Origin: a virus
Lineage: Duplodnaviria > Caudoviricetes
Strand: one strand, 5' to 3'
Length of the DNA: 64,000 nt
IMG/VR virus record: IMGVR_UViG_3300033072_000343
Coordinates: 6,110 to 70,109 of that record
Shown: positions 55,220 to 63,685 of the stretch, in pieces
How positions within the stretch are numbered: the stretch's first letter is position 1
Layout: every line of letters begins with the position of its first letter
Notes under the pieces: model-generated
Seen by the model: the letters and a program-made list of their open reading frames with translations, nothing else
What the model was told of the DNA's origin: nothing
Database searches by the model: none
Position numbers and translations under genes: made by a program

Positions 55220-55567
55220 TTAGTTCTTGGTGAGTTCAGGTGACAGGTGACGGTTGACCTTGGTCCAGTAGGACTTGGTTGCAGACTTGGTGTGACCGGA
55301 GGGGCCACCATTCCAGATTCGGGCTGCGTCCTGCATGGAGCGGCCCTTGGCGTAGCGGGTGAGGTACAACTCACAGACCTTGCGGGCGTCGGCCCGGTTG
55401 GTCATTCCCTCCCACCGATAGGACGTGCCGGCGAACCGGTTCACATCCTGAACGACGGCGCGGTGAATCTGAAGGGGTCCAAGCGCACGGCCGCCATCAC
55501 CGATGGCTTGGTCACAACCGCCTGATTCGACAGCCATGATGGCTGAGATGAGTGCTGAGTAGTTCAT
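55220..55567 (-). CDS. Lysozyme-like muramidase (i-type/destabilase or SLT-like fold)
   Basis: AIMAVESGG (catalytic Glu), GPLQIH and ARIWNGGP; start moved to MNYSA. Confidence 0.72.
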   Translation of the reverse strand: MNYSALISAIMAVESGGCDQAIGDGGRALGPLQIHRAVVQDVNRFAGTSYRWEGMTNRADARKVCELYLTRYAKGRSMQDAARIWNGGPSGHTKSATKSYWTKVNRHLSPELTKN

Positions 55568-55670
55568 AGAACACAGAAAACCCGACAACCGGACGGGAAC
55601 GGAACGAGGAACGTCGCTGGGCTTGTGACCAGCGTGCCGCATTACCGGGCCGAAGCCCGTCACTCTGCGA

Positions 55671-55799
55671 TTAAAGCTGGCTGTCGAACGCGAGCCAGTA
55701 GACCGCCACTCCGAGAGCAATCAGGGCCGCGACAACTAGCGCGTTGAGCATGAAAGACTCGATGCGTTCGAGTCGCTTGATGCGATCCTCGATTCTCAC
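55671..55799 (-). CDS. 42-aa single-pass membrane peptide (below the ORF-track cutoff)
   Basis: GTG overlapping the upstream TGA; MRIEDRIKRLERIESFMLNALVVAALIALGVAVYWLAFDSQL. Confidence 0.55.
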   Translation of the reverse strand: MRIEDRIKRLERIESFMLNALVVAALIALGVAVYWLAFDSQL

Positions 55800-56011
55800 G
55801 CGAGCCTCCCAGTGATGCCGCCCCGTTTGAAGTAGGCGACCAGCTTGTCAGAGTTCCATCCGGTGTACCCGTAGGACACGCCGTCGACCATCAGAACACG
55901 TCCGACCAGTGGCTTCACGTTGTCCCATCCAAGGGGAACAGGAAGGGTGGCGACAGTGCGACAGGGGGACAATTCAACAGCCCGGAGGCTGTCAGATAGG
56001 GTTGCAGGCAT
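55796..56011 (-). CDS. Small early hypothetical protein
   Basis: ORF with an AATCACT leader; YGYTGWNSD. Confidence 0.55.
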   Translation of the reverse strand: MPATLSDSLRAVELSPCRTVATLPVPLGWDNVKPLVGRVLMVDGVSYGYTGWNSDKLVAYFKRGGITGRLA

Positions 56012-56020
56012 AGAAGTGAT

Positions 56021-56221
56021 TCAGTTGAAAGTGATGATGTCGCCATCCACGGAGACATCGGAGACTCGGGTGAGATGCACGTAGAACGGAGTCCCGCAGA
56101 ACTCCAGCATAGCATGATCATCGCCCGCCGTGGTGCATTCCACAGCGTGGAGCTTGGTTTGACCCGCCTGAATGGCGCGGTACTTCCCGGGCTTCAGCCC
56201 GAACAGGGTCTTGGTCTTCAT
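56021..56221 (-). CDS. Small early hypothetical protein
   Basis: Start moved to MKTKT. Confidence 0.5.
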   Translation of the reverse strand: MKTKTLFGLKPGKYRAIQAGQTKLHAVECTTAGDDHAMLEFCGTPFYVHLTRVSDVSVDGDIITFN

Positions 56222-56232
56222 GGTCTTTCCTT

Positions 56233-56544
56233 TTAGGCGATGTTCCAGAGTTGAACCCCAACCTCGCCCCAGACTTTGGCGCATAAGGGATTGTCGACGG
56301 TCTCGGGAATCTCCCGCTTGATCATCCAAGCGATGCACTCCGCCTCGGTGGGGACAACTTCCCGACCGCTCGCCTTAACCTTGCGGAAGGTTTCCAACAG
56401 GCTGTCGCAATGGCTGGAAGACACGGCGTAAAAATGGCTGAAGCGTGGGAAGCAGTAGAAGTAACGCGCATCTCTCTCACTAGCGTGCGCCGTTTGTAGG
56501 GCCTTGGCCCACTTGGCAACGAGACTCTGCAGACTTGGTTTCAT
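56233..56544 (-). CDS. Small early hypothetical protein
   Basis: ORF with a CTGAATCACT leader. Confidence 0.5.
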   Translation of the reverse strand: MKPSLQSLVAKWAKALQTAHASERDARYFYCFPRFSHFYAVSSSHCDSLLETFRKVKASGREVVPTEAECIAWMIKREIPETVDNPLCAKVWGEVGVQLWNIA

Positions 56545-56649
56545 GGAGTGATTCAGAGAAGCCCCGCACTTGAACGCGGCAGGGCACTTGCGTTGTGTTA
56601 TCCACAGACCCCCTGAGGGGTTTCGACCTTCCGGTCTCGTCAGTGTGGC

Positions 56650-57084
56650 TCAGGCGTTCTTGGCTTCGAGGGCGGCCAGCTTGGCCTTGAGGGCCTCGTT
56701 CTCAGCCTCAAGGGCCTTGGACTTGTCTTCCGCCTCCGCCAACTTGGCAGCCTCCTCAGCCGACACGCCGGAGGGCTCAAGGAAGAACCCCATGACGCCG
56801 GACTTGGACACGGTGACCGACCGACCGAGATACTGAGGGTCGGCAGACAGTCCAGCAAACTCACGGGACATGGTCACCTTGAACTCAGCTTGGCGTTCAC
56901 GCTTCCAACGCTTCAGGGCTTGGCCAGTCAACCCACCGGAGGCTTGGCGCAGGTCGGCACCGTCTTTGGACTTGGCGGGCAGAAGACCGAGACGCATTGC
57001 GCCCGTCGCCGAAGACCGGAGGGTTACGGCTTTGGCCAAGAGGTCGGAAGGCTTCTCGTGTTTGAACAGTTCGATTGCGGTCAT
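56650..57084 (-). CDS. First gene of the leftward early cluster, with a C-terminal coiled coil
   Basis: ORF track; strong codon bias. Confidence 0.6.
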   Translation of the reverse strand: MTAIELFKHEKPSDLLAKAVTLRSSATGAMRLGLLPAKSKDGADLRQASGGLTGQALKRWKRERQAEFKVTMSREFAGLSADPQYLGRSVTVSKSGVMGFFLEPSGVSAEEAAKLAEAEDKSKALEAENEALKAKLAALEAKNA

Positions 57085-57933
57085 AGTATTGATATGGTAC
57101 GTAGTTAGACCCTCTGCGTTTTACGGGCTTGGGACCGTCACTGGACACACGTCCAGCGGCCGCATTGAAGCCACACGAAGTGGCTTTTGTGTGTGTTGCG
57201 CCTTTTGTTAAGACGGGACGTTTGCACGTTTCCGCTGAAGGTTTTCCGGGCCGCCATTCCTTCCCCCGATGGGAAGGCGCTAAGTGTTCCGTCGCCTAGT
57301 CTCATGCCGGGATTTAGGTAGTTACCCGGAGGTTGTCAAAGAGTGTGTCCCGTTGAAGCTAGAAGCTAGGAAGTCCGACCCGTCAAATCCGACCGACCGA
57401 AGCCGTACCGTGTTGGACGTGTTGGGCTTTAAACCCTTGCCGCTCGCCTCTCAAAGAACAGTGTCGCAGTGGACAACACCCCTAGGAAACCCGTTCCTTT
57501 TCCCCGAATTGTCGGCCCCAATTCCGGAGTCCTTCCAACGATAGAAAGAACGCGTGCGACGCGAGGGAATACCGCGTGTGTGCGTGACGTGCGCGTGCGT
57601 GCGTGCCCGCGTATGCGCACACCCCGGGGGGTAACCGGGGGTTCGCGCATAAAGTCGTGAGGGTATGGGTGTACCCCCCTTCTCAACTCTCGGCCAAATC
57701 ACCCCGTTTGAACCCGGGCTCCCGCTGAGACAGAGCGCCGCTGGAAGCGGCTAAGCGAACCGGTCACCTGGCATGCGGGGCAGCAGTAGGGGATGTACTA
57801 CCTCGACGTCTAGGGCCGTCGAGGATCGACGCGGACCTTCACTGTCCTAAACGGTCGAGGGTTTCTGGGGGATATCTTAAAGGGGGTTTCCCGAAACCTG
57901 TCAAGCATTTTCACTTGAGAGCGGTGCTGTGGG
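57085..57933. other. ~850-bp non-coding control region (possible genome terminus / packaging site)
   Basis: No credible ORF; many hairpins, alternating purine-pyrimidine tract, G/C runs, and TTGACA on the minus strand at ~57334 and ~57899. Confidence 0.5.
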
Positions 57934-57948
57934 ATGCTCTGTTTGGGG

Positions 57949-58233
57949 ATGCCCTATCCTGTGAGAGTGAAGGTGGTGGAGAAGGATCTCAGCAAGGATA
58001 AGGCCTGGGGGATCTCGTACGATGATCTGAGGCTGATCGAGATCCATGACAAGCAGTGCGAGAGCGAGAGGCTCGATACGCTGATCCACGAGCTACTGCA
58101 TCTGATGAGGCCTGCCTGGAGGGAGAGGGAGGTGATCAGGGCAGCGAACTATCTTACCCGGCATCTGTGGGCTCAGGGCTATCGCAGGAAGCCGCCTTCT
58201 GGCTCTTCTGGTAGCCGGGGAGGGTTTCGATAG
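57949..58233 (+). CDS. Small HExxH (zincin-like) protein
   Basis: AWG..IEIH..RLDTLIHELLH; the only plus-strand gene outside the structural operon. Confidence 0.65.
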   Translation: MPYPVRVKVVEKDLSKDKAWGISYDDLRLIEIHDKQCESERLDTLIHELLHLMRPAWREREVIRAANYLTRHLWAQGYRRKPPSGSSGSRGGFR

Positions 58234-58684
58234 GGTGCAGGGCTTCTGCGGGTATCACGTAGCCCTCTGAGCGGTCCTTGCCGTACTTCTGGAGGCGTTC
58301 CGGTGTCTTGGCCTCGTAGCCGTAGATCCAGCCCCTGATCCAGAAGTCCGGGGAGGTGCCGGTGATGAGAACCCAGATGGCCTTTTCCGAGTCCTGTCTT
58401 CGGAGGATCAGGTCGTGGTCGTGTCTGGTCCTGAGCCTGATCTGGAGGCCCGGGAGGTCGTCGTCCTTGAAGGTGTTGATTCCTCCTCCCCAGTAGACGT
58501 TCAGGTGTTTGGCCACGGCCATCTCGCCACTGGCCCCCTCCAGATGGACGTTCCAGGATGCGCCCTCATGGCCGGCGCATTGCTGGAGTCCTCGTTTGAG
58601 CGATGCAAGCTGGCGTAGCATTCCCACGTACGAGCCTATGGCAGCCTCGTACCATGACAGCTTGACTCTCGCTCCGGTATTCAT
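58154..58684 (-). CDS. Hypothetical protein, possibly restriction-endonuclease-like fold
   Basis: EGASGEMAVAK..D..LQIR..WIRGW pattern. Confidence 0.55.
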   Translation of the reverse strand: MNTGARVKLSWYEAAIGSYVGMLRQLASLKRGLQQCAGHEGASWNVHLEGASGEMAVAKHLNVYWGGGINTFKDDDLPGLQIRLRTRHDHDLILRRQDSEKAIWVLITGTSPDFWIRGWIYGYEAKTPERLQKYGKDRSEGYVIPAEALHPIETLPGYQKSQKAASCDSPEPTDAG

Positions 58685-58938
58685 TGCACGACGAGCTTAA
58701 CGTGGTCGAACTCGAACATCCATCTTGCTCCGCTTTCCATCAGCACCTCCACCCTGTCCGGGCGTGAGGCATCTGGTGGCAGGCATTCGCCGTAGCCCCG
58801 GTGGCGTGTGTTGTCCACCTGGACCTTGGTGCCGCTCTTGAAGTGCTGCTGCTTGTAGCGTTTGAGGCTGTCCCGGTGGGCGCGGTAGGCCAGGACCAGG
58901 TCCATGATGCTGTACTCGGCTGGCTGGGCGTCGCTCAT
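58681..58938 (-). CDS. Small SH3-like hypothetical protein
   Basis: FKSGTKVQVD..GYGE..RVEVLME; start uncertain. Confidence 0.5.
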   Translation of the reverse strand: MSDAQPAEYSIMDLVLAYRAHRDSLKRYKQQHFKSGTKVQVDNTRHRGYGECLPPDASRPDRVEVLMESGARWMFEFDHVKLVVQ

Positions 58939-58952
58939 GGTGATTGTCTCTT

Positions 58953-60491
58953 TCACCGGGCCTCCTTCTCCCAGTTGCGCAGGGCGCTCACAACGTGGGG
59001 CTGCTGGGTGTCGCTGTAGTGGTAACGCTTGAGGCATGCGCAGAGGTCGTTTCCAGCCTTCTTCAGCACCGCGATCCTGAGGGACTTGTCCGTGAGCTTC
59101 TTGATGTAGCTGGCCTCGTCGGAATCCTTCTCGTGGCGCAGCTTGGCGACGTTGTCGGCTATCTTCTGGTTAACCGATGACAGAGTCTCCAGAGCCTCGT
59201 TCAGCTTCTTGTTGTCCACACCCAACATCGTCATCGCCTCGCCGCTCAGTGTGATGCGGTCGTTCAGCGCCGAGATGACCTTGTCCTTCTGTTTAATTTC
59301 CAGTGCCAACCTTGAACAATCCGCGTTCAGCGACTCGATGGACCTGTTCTTCTCCGCGACTACGTCGGCGTGTCCGTTGACCGTCTCCATCAGTTCCTCG
59401 ATCCGCTCGCGGCTCTTGTGGATAGAGGCGCTCAGCGTCTTGCTCTCGCTGAGCCTGTGCTTGATCCGCTCGCACAGCAGCTCGTTCTCGCTCTTCAGTT
59501 GGGAGATGATTGCACGCAGGGTGCCACGATCGCCGCTTGGCTGCTGCTTCGACAGCACGTCGATGACCTTCTCCAGATCCGCGATCTTCTTGAGCAGCTT
59601 CTGCGATTCCTCGCTGCCCTCCGCACGTCGGCGTCGGAGATCGTCGCACACCTGCTGCAGGCGCTGGTACTTCGCGTCATGGTCCGCGAGCTCCCTGTCC
59701 TGATTCCCGATATCGGTGTTCGCTGAGGCGAGGTCCGCATTCAGCTGGTCGATGATCACCTGACGCGATGCGGCGTGTTTTTCCAGTTCGGCGATGCGCT
59801 TCCTCAGGTCCCCCTGATCACTGATGTTCGACTCATTGATCACGTTGATGTTAAACTGGAGCGCCTTCACGTTGCCGTTGAGTTCCTCGATCTTCTTCCC
59901 GCGCTCGGCGCACAGCTGGATGACATGCTTGACGTTGTTGACGAGGCTGCATGGTTCCGACTGCTCAAGCCCCCAGTGCCTCAGCGACTGGTAGATCTCG
60001 GCGTTCGCCGCCACCAGTTCGTTGTTGTGCTCGCGGCATCCATCCCAGTGCTCTCTGTCGTCCTTGATCCGCTTCGTCAGCAACTCGATCTGGTTTTTCA
60101 GCATCTCGATCGTCTTGGTCCTGTTTTCAACAGACTCCTTCAGCGATGCGATCTTCCCATCCTGAGAGCCGATCACCTCCTTGAGAGACTTGACCTCGGC
60201 CTGCAGCTTATTCGCATTCTCAACTGCACCCATGTACATACTGAGCGTGGTCTTCTTCTCGCCTTCCAGCAGTGACCGCTTGTAGTCGAAGCCAACCGGC
60301 TGCGGAGTGCTGGGCTGCACCGGCTCGGATTGGCTCGAGGTTGCCGTTACGGTCACGCTCGGCTGCAGTGCTGCGGCATCTGACTTCTGCTCCTCGCAGC
60401 TTTCCAGCAGTTCTCGGCGGGCGTCGTGGAATGCTGCCGTGGTTTGGCTGCGGATCATGTCGCTGATCAGGTTGGCTTGTCGTCTTGTCAT
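58953..60491 (-). CDS. Long coiled-coil protein
   Basis: 512 aa of near-continuous heptads. Confidence 0.7.
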   Translation of the reverse strand: MTRRQANLISDMIRSQTTAAFHDARRELLESCEEQKSDAAALQPSVTVTATSSQSEPVQPSTPQPVGFDYKRSLLEGEKKTTLSMYMGAVENANKLQAEVKSLKEVIGSQDGKIASLKESVENRTKTIEMLKNQIELLTKRIKDDREHWDGCREHNNELVAANAEIYQSLRHWGLEQSEPCSLVNNVKHVIQLCAERGKKIEELNGNVKALQFNINVINESNISDQGDLRKRIAELEKHAASRQVIIDQLNADLASANTDIGNQDRELADHDAKYQRLQQVCDDLRRRRAEGSEESQKLLKKIADLEKVIDVLSKQQPSGDRGTLRAIISQLKSENELLCERIKHRLSESKTLSASIHKSRERIEELMETVNGHADVVAEKNRSIESLNADCSRLALEIKQKDKVISALNDRITLSGEAMTMLGVDNKKLNEALETLSSVNQKIADNVAKLRHEKDSDEASYIKKLTDKSLRIAVLKKAGNDLCACLKRYHYSDTQQPHVVSALRNWEKEAR

Positions 60492-60655
60492 ACGGTCTTC
60501 TTTCTGTGTCTGCGGTTGTAGATGGTGATGTCGTTCTTGAGCTTGTAGGCTTTGGCTGCGCGGTGAGCTTCACCCGCATCGCTTCTGGTCATTGGGCTGC
60601 TGTTGATGCCGCTTTGCACGGCCTTGCTGACGCGCTTGCTGTTGAAGACGTTCAT
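60488..60655 (-). CDS. 55-aa basic protein (below the ORF-track cutoff)
   Basis: ATGA couplings at both ends; MNVFNSKRVSKAVQSG...RRHRKKTV. Confidence 0.55.
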   Translation of the reverse strand: MNVFNSKRVSKAVQSGINSSPMTRSDAGEAHRAAKAYKLKNDITIYNRRHRKKTV

Positions 60656-60921
60656 GTTCCCATCCTCATCATCTCTTCGGCAATGTAGTAAGCCGTTTTG
60701 GCGTCTTGCCCAATCGTGGTTCCACGAATGCCTGGATTTGCCAACAACCCCTGAAGCGCAGCGGCTGCAAACTTGTACGAGAGCGCATCCTCGATCATGT
60801 CATCCAGCCACTTCTCCCCGCTGTCCGGCACGCAGAGGTGGATCGCCGCATACTGCCGTCCAGTCAGGAGCATGCTGGCCTTGTCGCTCATGTCCTTGAT
60901 TGATGGAGGCGTCTCGCTCAC
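60652..60921 (-). CDS. Small hypothetical protein
   Basis: RQYAAIHL..WLDDMI..FAAAALQGLLANP..AYYIAEEM, a common small phage family. Confidence 0.6.
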   Translation of the reverse strand: MSETPPSIKDMSDKASMLLTGRQYAAIHLCVPDSGEKWLDDMIEDALSYKFAAAALQGLLANPGIRGTTIGQDAKTAYYIAEEMMRMGT

Positions 60922-61238
60922 TGCTCACCTCCCTGCAGATCGTTCACGGTGTCGAGCATCTGGTTCATCTTGTACAGCCACTCCGATACGTACCGTTCCC
61001 TGTTCTTGTCGCGCATCGCCTCGAAGACCGCCTTGCGGACGGTGGTCAGTAGGCTGGGAATCCACGTATCACCGCGAATGATGAGGTTTGTGCCATTCGT
61101 GTGCTCCGACTTGGTGTAGACCTTGAATGCGTCGTCTTTCTGAAAGCACTCGTCGAGAAAGCTCATCTTCCTACTGAGCTCAGCGTCCGCCTTCTGGTGC
61201 AGGAGTGCGGTCAGCTTGTCTGTGGTCAGTTCGCTCAC
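60918..61238 (-). CDS. Small hypothetical protein
   Basis: GTG at 61238 overlaps the DHH stop codon. Confidence 0.55.
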   Translation of the reverse strand: MSELTTDKLTALLHQKADAELSRKMSFLDECFQKDDAFKVYTKSEHTNGTNLIIRGDTWIPSLLTTVRKAVFEAMRDKNRERYVSEWLYKMNQMLDTVNDLQGGEQ

Positions 61239-62224
61239 ACGGCACCTCCTGCCAAGATGTTGTTCAGCTGAACCAGCGTGATGCGGAACCCGCACGCCCC
61301 CTTGTGACCACCGCCACCGTACTTCACGGCGATCAGTGACAGGTCGTGGTGCGTCTTCCCCTCGATGTGGTAGAGGCTCACCATCACCTGCTTGCCGTCG
61401 AAGCGCCACGCGAAACACGCATCGTGCTCCGGCTTGATACCTCCACGCAGCAGATCACTGTTGCCGCGCTGCCCGATGTTCAATACGCAGAACGTCAACC
61501 CATTCCACTTGATGGTGTGCGCGTAGGCCGCGCTGTACTCGTCAGCCATCTTGTCGCAGTAGGACTTGATGGACACACCTGTTTCGATCACGGCTGCCAA
61601 ATGATTGTCGTCTAATCCCGAAAACTGAGCCATTAAAAGCTCTCGAAACTCAGCATCATCAATCGATCGAAGACCAAACTGTAGAAACTTCCCATTCGGG
61701 TTTCGGTGGTCCCAGATGTCGTACTCTCCGGCAAGGCGGATCAAGGCGGGCTCCTGCACATTGCGGTCGATGAAGTCCTGCTTGGAAGGCAGCACGCCAA
61801 GATAACCAGCCGAATTGACGAACCACTGCCAGCATAGGCGGCATGCAGCCACGCCGTCGATGCGGTAGCCCATGATCACTAGCCGCTCCACCAACGGATT
61901 GTCCCACTTCTCAATGGCGCTCTTGTGGTGGTCGATCCAGATGATCTTCTCGTCGAGATCGGTGCGAGCCATCAACTCGTCCACCGATAGGTCCACGATG
62001 TAGATGGCGTCGTAGTCGGTCCATTCGTAGGTCGTGTTTGCCGATCCACCCTCGACGGTGATGCGGTGAGTGCGAGCGTTCTCGTCAGGCACGGGCCGTC
62101 CATAGTCCCACCCGTAGGAGTGGATTGTGGCGTTGGGATGCAGGCGGTTCAGCCAGTAGCGGCAAACCTCGTTCGACAGCTTTCCGTCGAAGTCGGCATC
62201 GTGGTAGATGATTGCGAATTTCAT
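61235..62224 (-). CDS. DHH-family phosphoesterase
   Basis: YHDADFDG, IVDLS, WIDHHKS, YDIW and GGGGHKGACGF. Confidence 0.9.
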   Translation of the reverse strand: MKFAIIYHDADFDGKLSNEVCRYWLNRLHPNATIHSYGWDYGRPVPDENARTHRITVEGGSANTTYEWTDYDAIYIVDLSVDELMARTDLDEKIIWIDHHKSAIEKWDNPLVERLVIMGYRIDGVAACRLCWQWFVNSAGYLGVLPSKQDFIDRNVQEPALIRLAGEYDIWDHRNPNGKFLQFGLRSIDDAEFRELLMAQFSGLDDNHLAAVIETGVSIKSYCDKMADEYSAAYAHTIKWNGLTFCVLNIGQRGNSDLLRGGIKPEHDACFAWRFDGKQVMVSLYHIEGKTHHDLSLIAVKYGGGGHKGACGFRITLVQLNNILAGGAV

Positions 62225-62238
62225 GGTGTGAAAGGGGG

Positions 62239-62266
62239 ATGATCCCGAAACGAATTTCGGGATCAT
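62239..62266 (-). other. 12-bp perfect hairpin with a TTCG loop between Tad2-like and DHH genes
   Basis: ATGATCCCGAAA-TTCG-TTTCGGGATCAT on the minus strand. Confidence 0.6.
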
Positions 62267-62270
62267 GGCG

Positions 62271-62513
62271 TCAGGCGATGTAGTTCCAGTCCTCGGCGAG
62301 GAGGTCGGTCTGCGAGGCCAGCCACGGCACACGCGATCCGTTGGGGTAGGCCGGGTGACCCTTGGGGTACTCGATGTAGATGTATGGCAGCGTCATCTTA
62401 CTATTGGCGTCGGGCGTCTGCAGCTGCAGCCACATGCCCTTGCCGTTCCACCCTGATCGGTAGACGGCCTTACCCTTCTTGAGCCACCCCAATGCTTGTC
62501 CGAAGTTCAGCAT
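62271..62513 (-). CDS. DUF2829 / Tad2-like protein
   Basis: MNFGQAL..LKKGK.V.R.GWNGKGMWL...PWLASQTDLLAEDW. Confidence 0.85.
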   Translation of the reverse strand: MLNFGQALGWLKKGKAVYRSGWNGKGMWLQLQTPDANSKMTLPYIYIEYPKGHPAYPNGSRVPWLASQTDLLAEDWNYIA

Positions 62514-63253
62514 ACGTTCTCTTTCTTCATGTTGTTCAGTTCCAGCTTCAGGCGTTCGATCTCGTTCTTGAGCGACTGGATCTCGCTCACCCGCAGGCCC
62601 ATCGCCTCGTGGACCGTCGGGAAATGCTTGGCGAACTCAGCGCGGATCGCCTCGGCCACCTCACGGTGCTCCTTCTGGGCGTGCGGCGACGTGCGTTGGT
62701 CGAGGTAGTGAATCCACGTCCTCGCGCTACCCTTCATGAACATCCGCGTCTTGGTGGCCAGCGGCAGGACGAAGCGGGCGCTCTCCGGTGCAACACCACC
62801 CTCGATGAGGGTCTCGTAGGCACGCACCGAGTGCTCGACCGCGTGCTTGTAGACGAAGTGCAGAATGTCATCAGTGGAGATCTCCTCTCCACTGCCCTGC
62901 CGGTTACCGCCAGCCGCCTTCCGGCGCAGCGTGATCGGCTCGATGATGGTCTCCAGCTTACGCACGTCGGCGTACCGCTGGCTGAACTGCTGGAACCGTG
63001 CGCTCCAGTGGCGCAGGATCTGCATCGAGATGGAGATGCTGGTCTCGATCTCGACGGTCAGGTCGGCCTGCTCGAACACGGACCAGTGGCCCTCGCGCAT
63101 GCAAAAGTGCAGCAGCTTCGGCCCGGTCTCGTGGTTGTGCTGGTTGTTCGGGTTTGATACCCGAGCCTCGTAGACGATGAGCTCGTCGGGCGTGAGCTCG
63201 CGACCGTTGTCGGTGACGAGTGACTTTGTGACAGCGACAGAGGAGACTTTCAT
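62507..63253 (-). CDS. thyX: Flavin-dependent thymidylate synthase
   Basis: YEARVSN, GHWSVFEQA, QILRHWSARFQQFSQRY, ESARFVLP and HAQKEHR. Confidence 0.95.
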   Translation of the reverse strand: MKVSSVAVTKSLVTDNGRELTPDELIVYEARVSNPNNQHNHETGPKLLHFCMREGHWSVFEQADLTVEIETSISISMQILRHWSARFQQFSQRYADVRKLETIIEPITLRRKAAGGNRQGSGEEISTDDILHFVYKHAVEHSVRAYETLIEGGVAPESARFVLPLATKTRMFMKGSARTWIHYLDQRTSPHAQKEHREVAEAIRAEFAKHFPTVHEAMGLRVSEIQSLKNEIERLKLELNNMKKENVC

Positions 63254-63265
63254 GTAGCGGGAACA

Positions 63266-63294
63266 GGTGTAATACACCATGTCCCCATCGTCAA
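63266..63294 (-). promoter_or_regulatory. Promoter class site F (TTGACG-N17-TACACC, perfect palindrome GGTGTATTACACC)
   Basis: Read directly; upstream of thyX, with the -35 overlapping the upstream stop. Confidence 0.75.
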
Positions 63295-63437
63295 GAGAGT
63301 CTGGTGCGTTTTTTTCTGGGCAGCACAACGAACAGGATGCACACACCCAGCGCGAGGGCGATCGGCCACGTCGCTAGGATGAAGAGGCCGAGGCCGTAGC
63401 TCATGCACCAGAGCTCCAAGAGGATCTTCTTGATCAT
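63291..63437 (-). CDS. 48-aa membrane peptide (below the ORF-track cutoff)
   Basis: ATGA-coupled; MIKKILLELWCMSYGLGLFILATWPIALALGVCILFVVLPRKKRTRLS. Confidence 0.55.
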   Translation of the reverse strand: MIKKILLELWCMSYGLGLFILATWPIALALGVCILFVVLPRKKRTRLS

Positions 63438-63685
63438 GTCCAATCAGGGACCGCTTTCTTGAGGTCGGCAAGGGTGCAGTCGGTGCCGTCAGCGAGGTGC
63501 CGATTGTCGTCGAGCGTCGTGCGGATCGCGGCCTCCAGAGCCCTGTTCCTGTCCAGTAAATTGTTGAGCTCCTTCACGATTGTGAGCGGGGTGGTGTCCG
63601 CGAGCACGGAAAACTCGGGCGTGCGAATCACAAACCCGTTTTTTGGCGGCATGTGCGGAAGTCGCTCGATGCTGTATCGCCTCAC
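63434..63685 (-). CDS. Small hypothetical protein
   Basis: GTG at 63685 overlaps the upstream TGA. Confidence 0.5.
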   Translation of the reverse strand: MRRYSIERLPHMPPKNGFVIRTPEFSVLADTTPLTIVKELNNLLDRNRALEAAIRTTLDDNRHLADGTDCTLADLKKAVPDWT

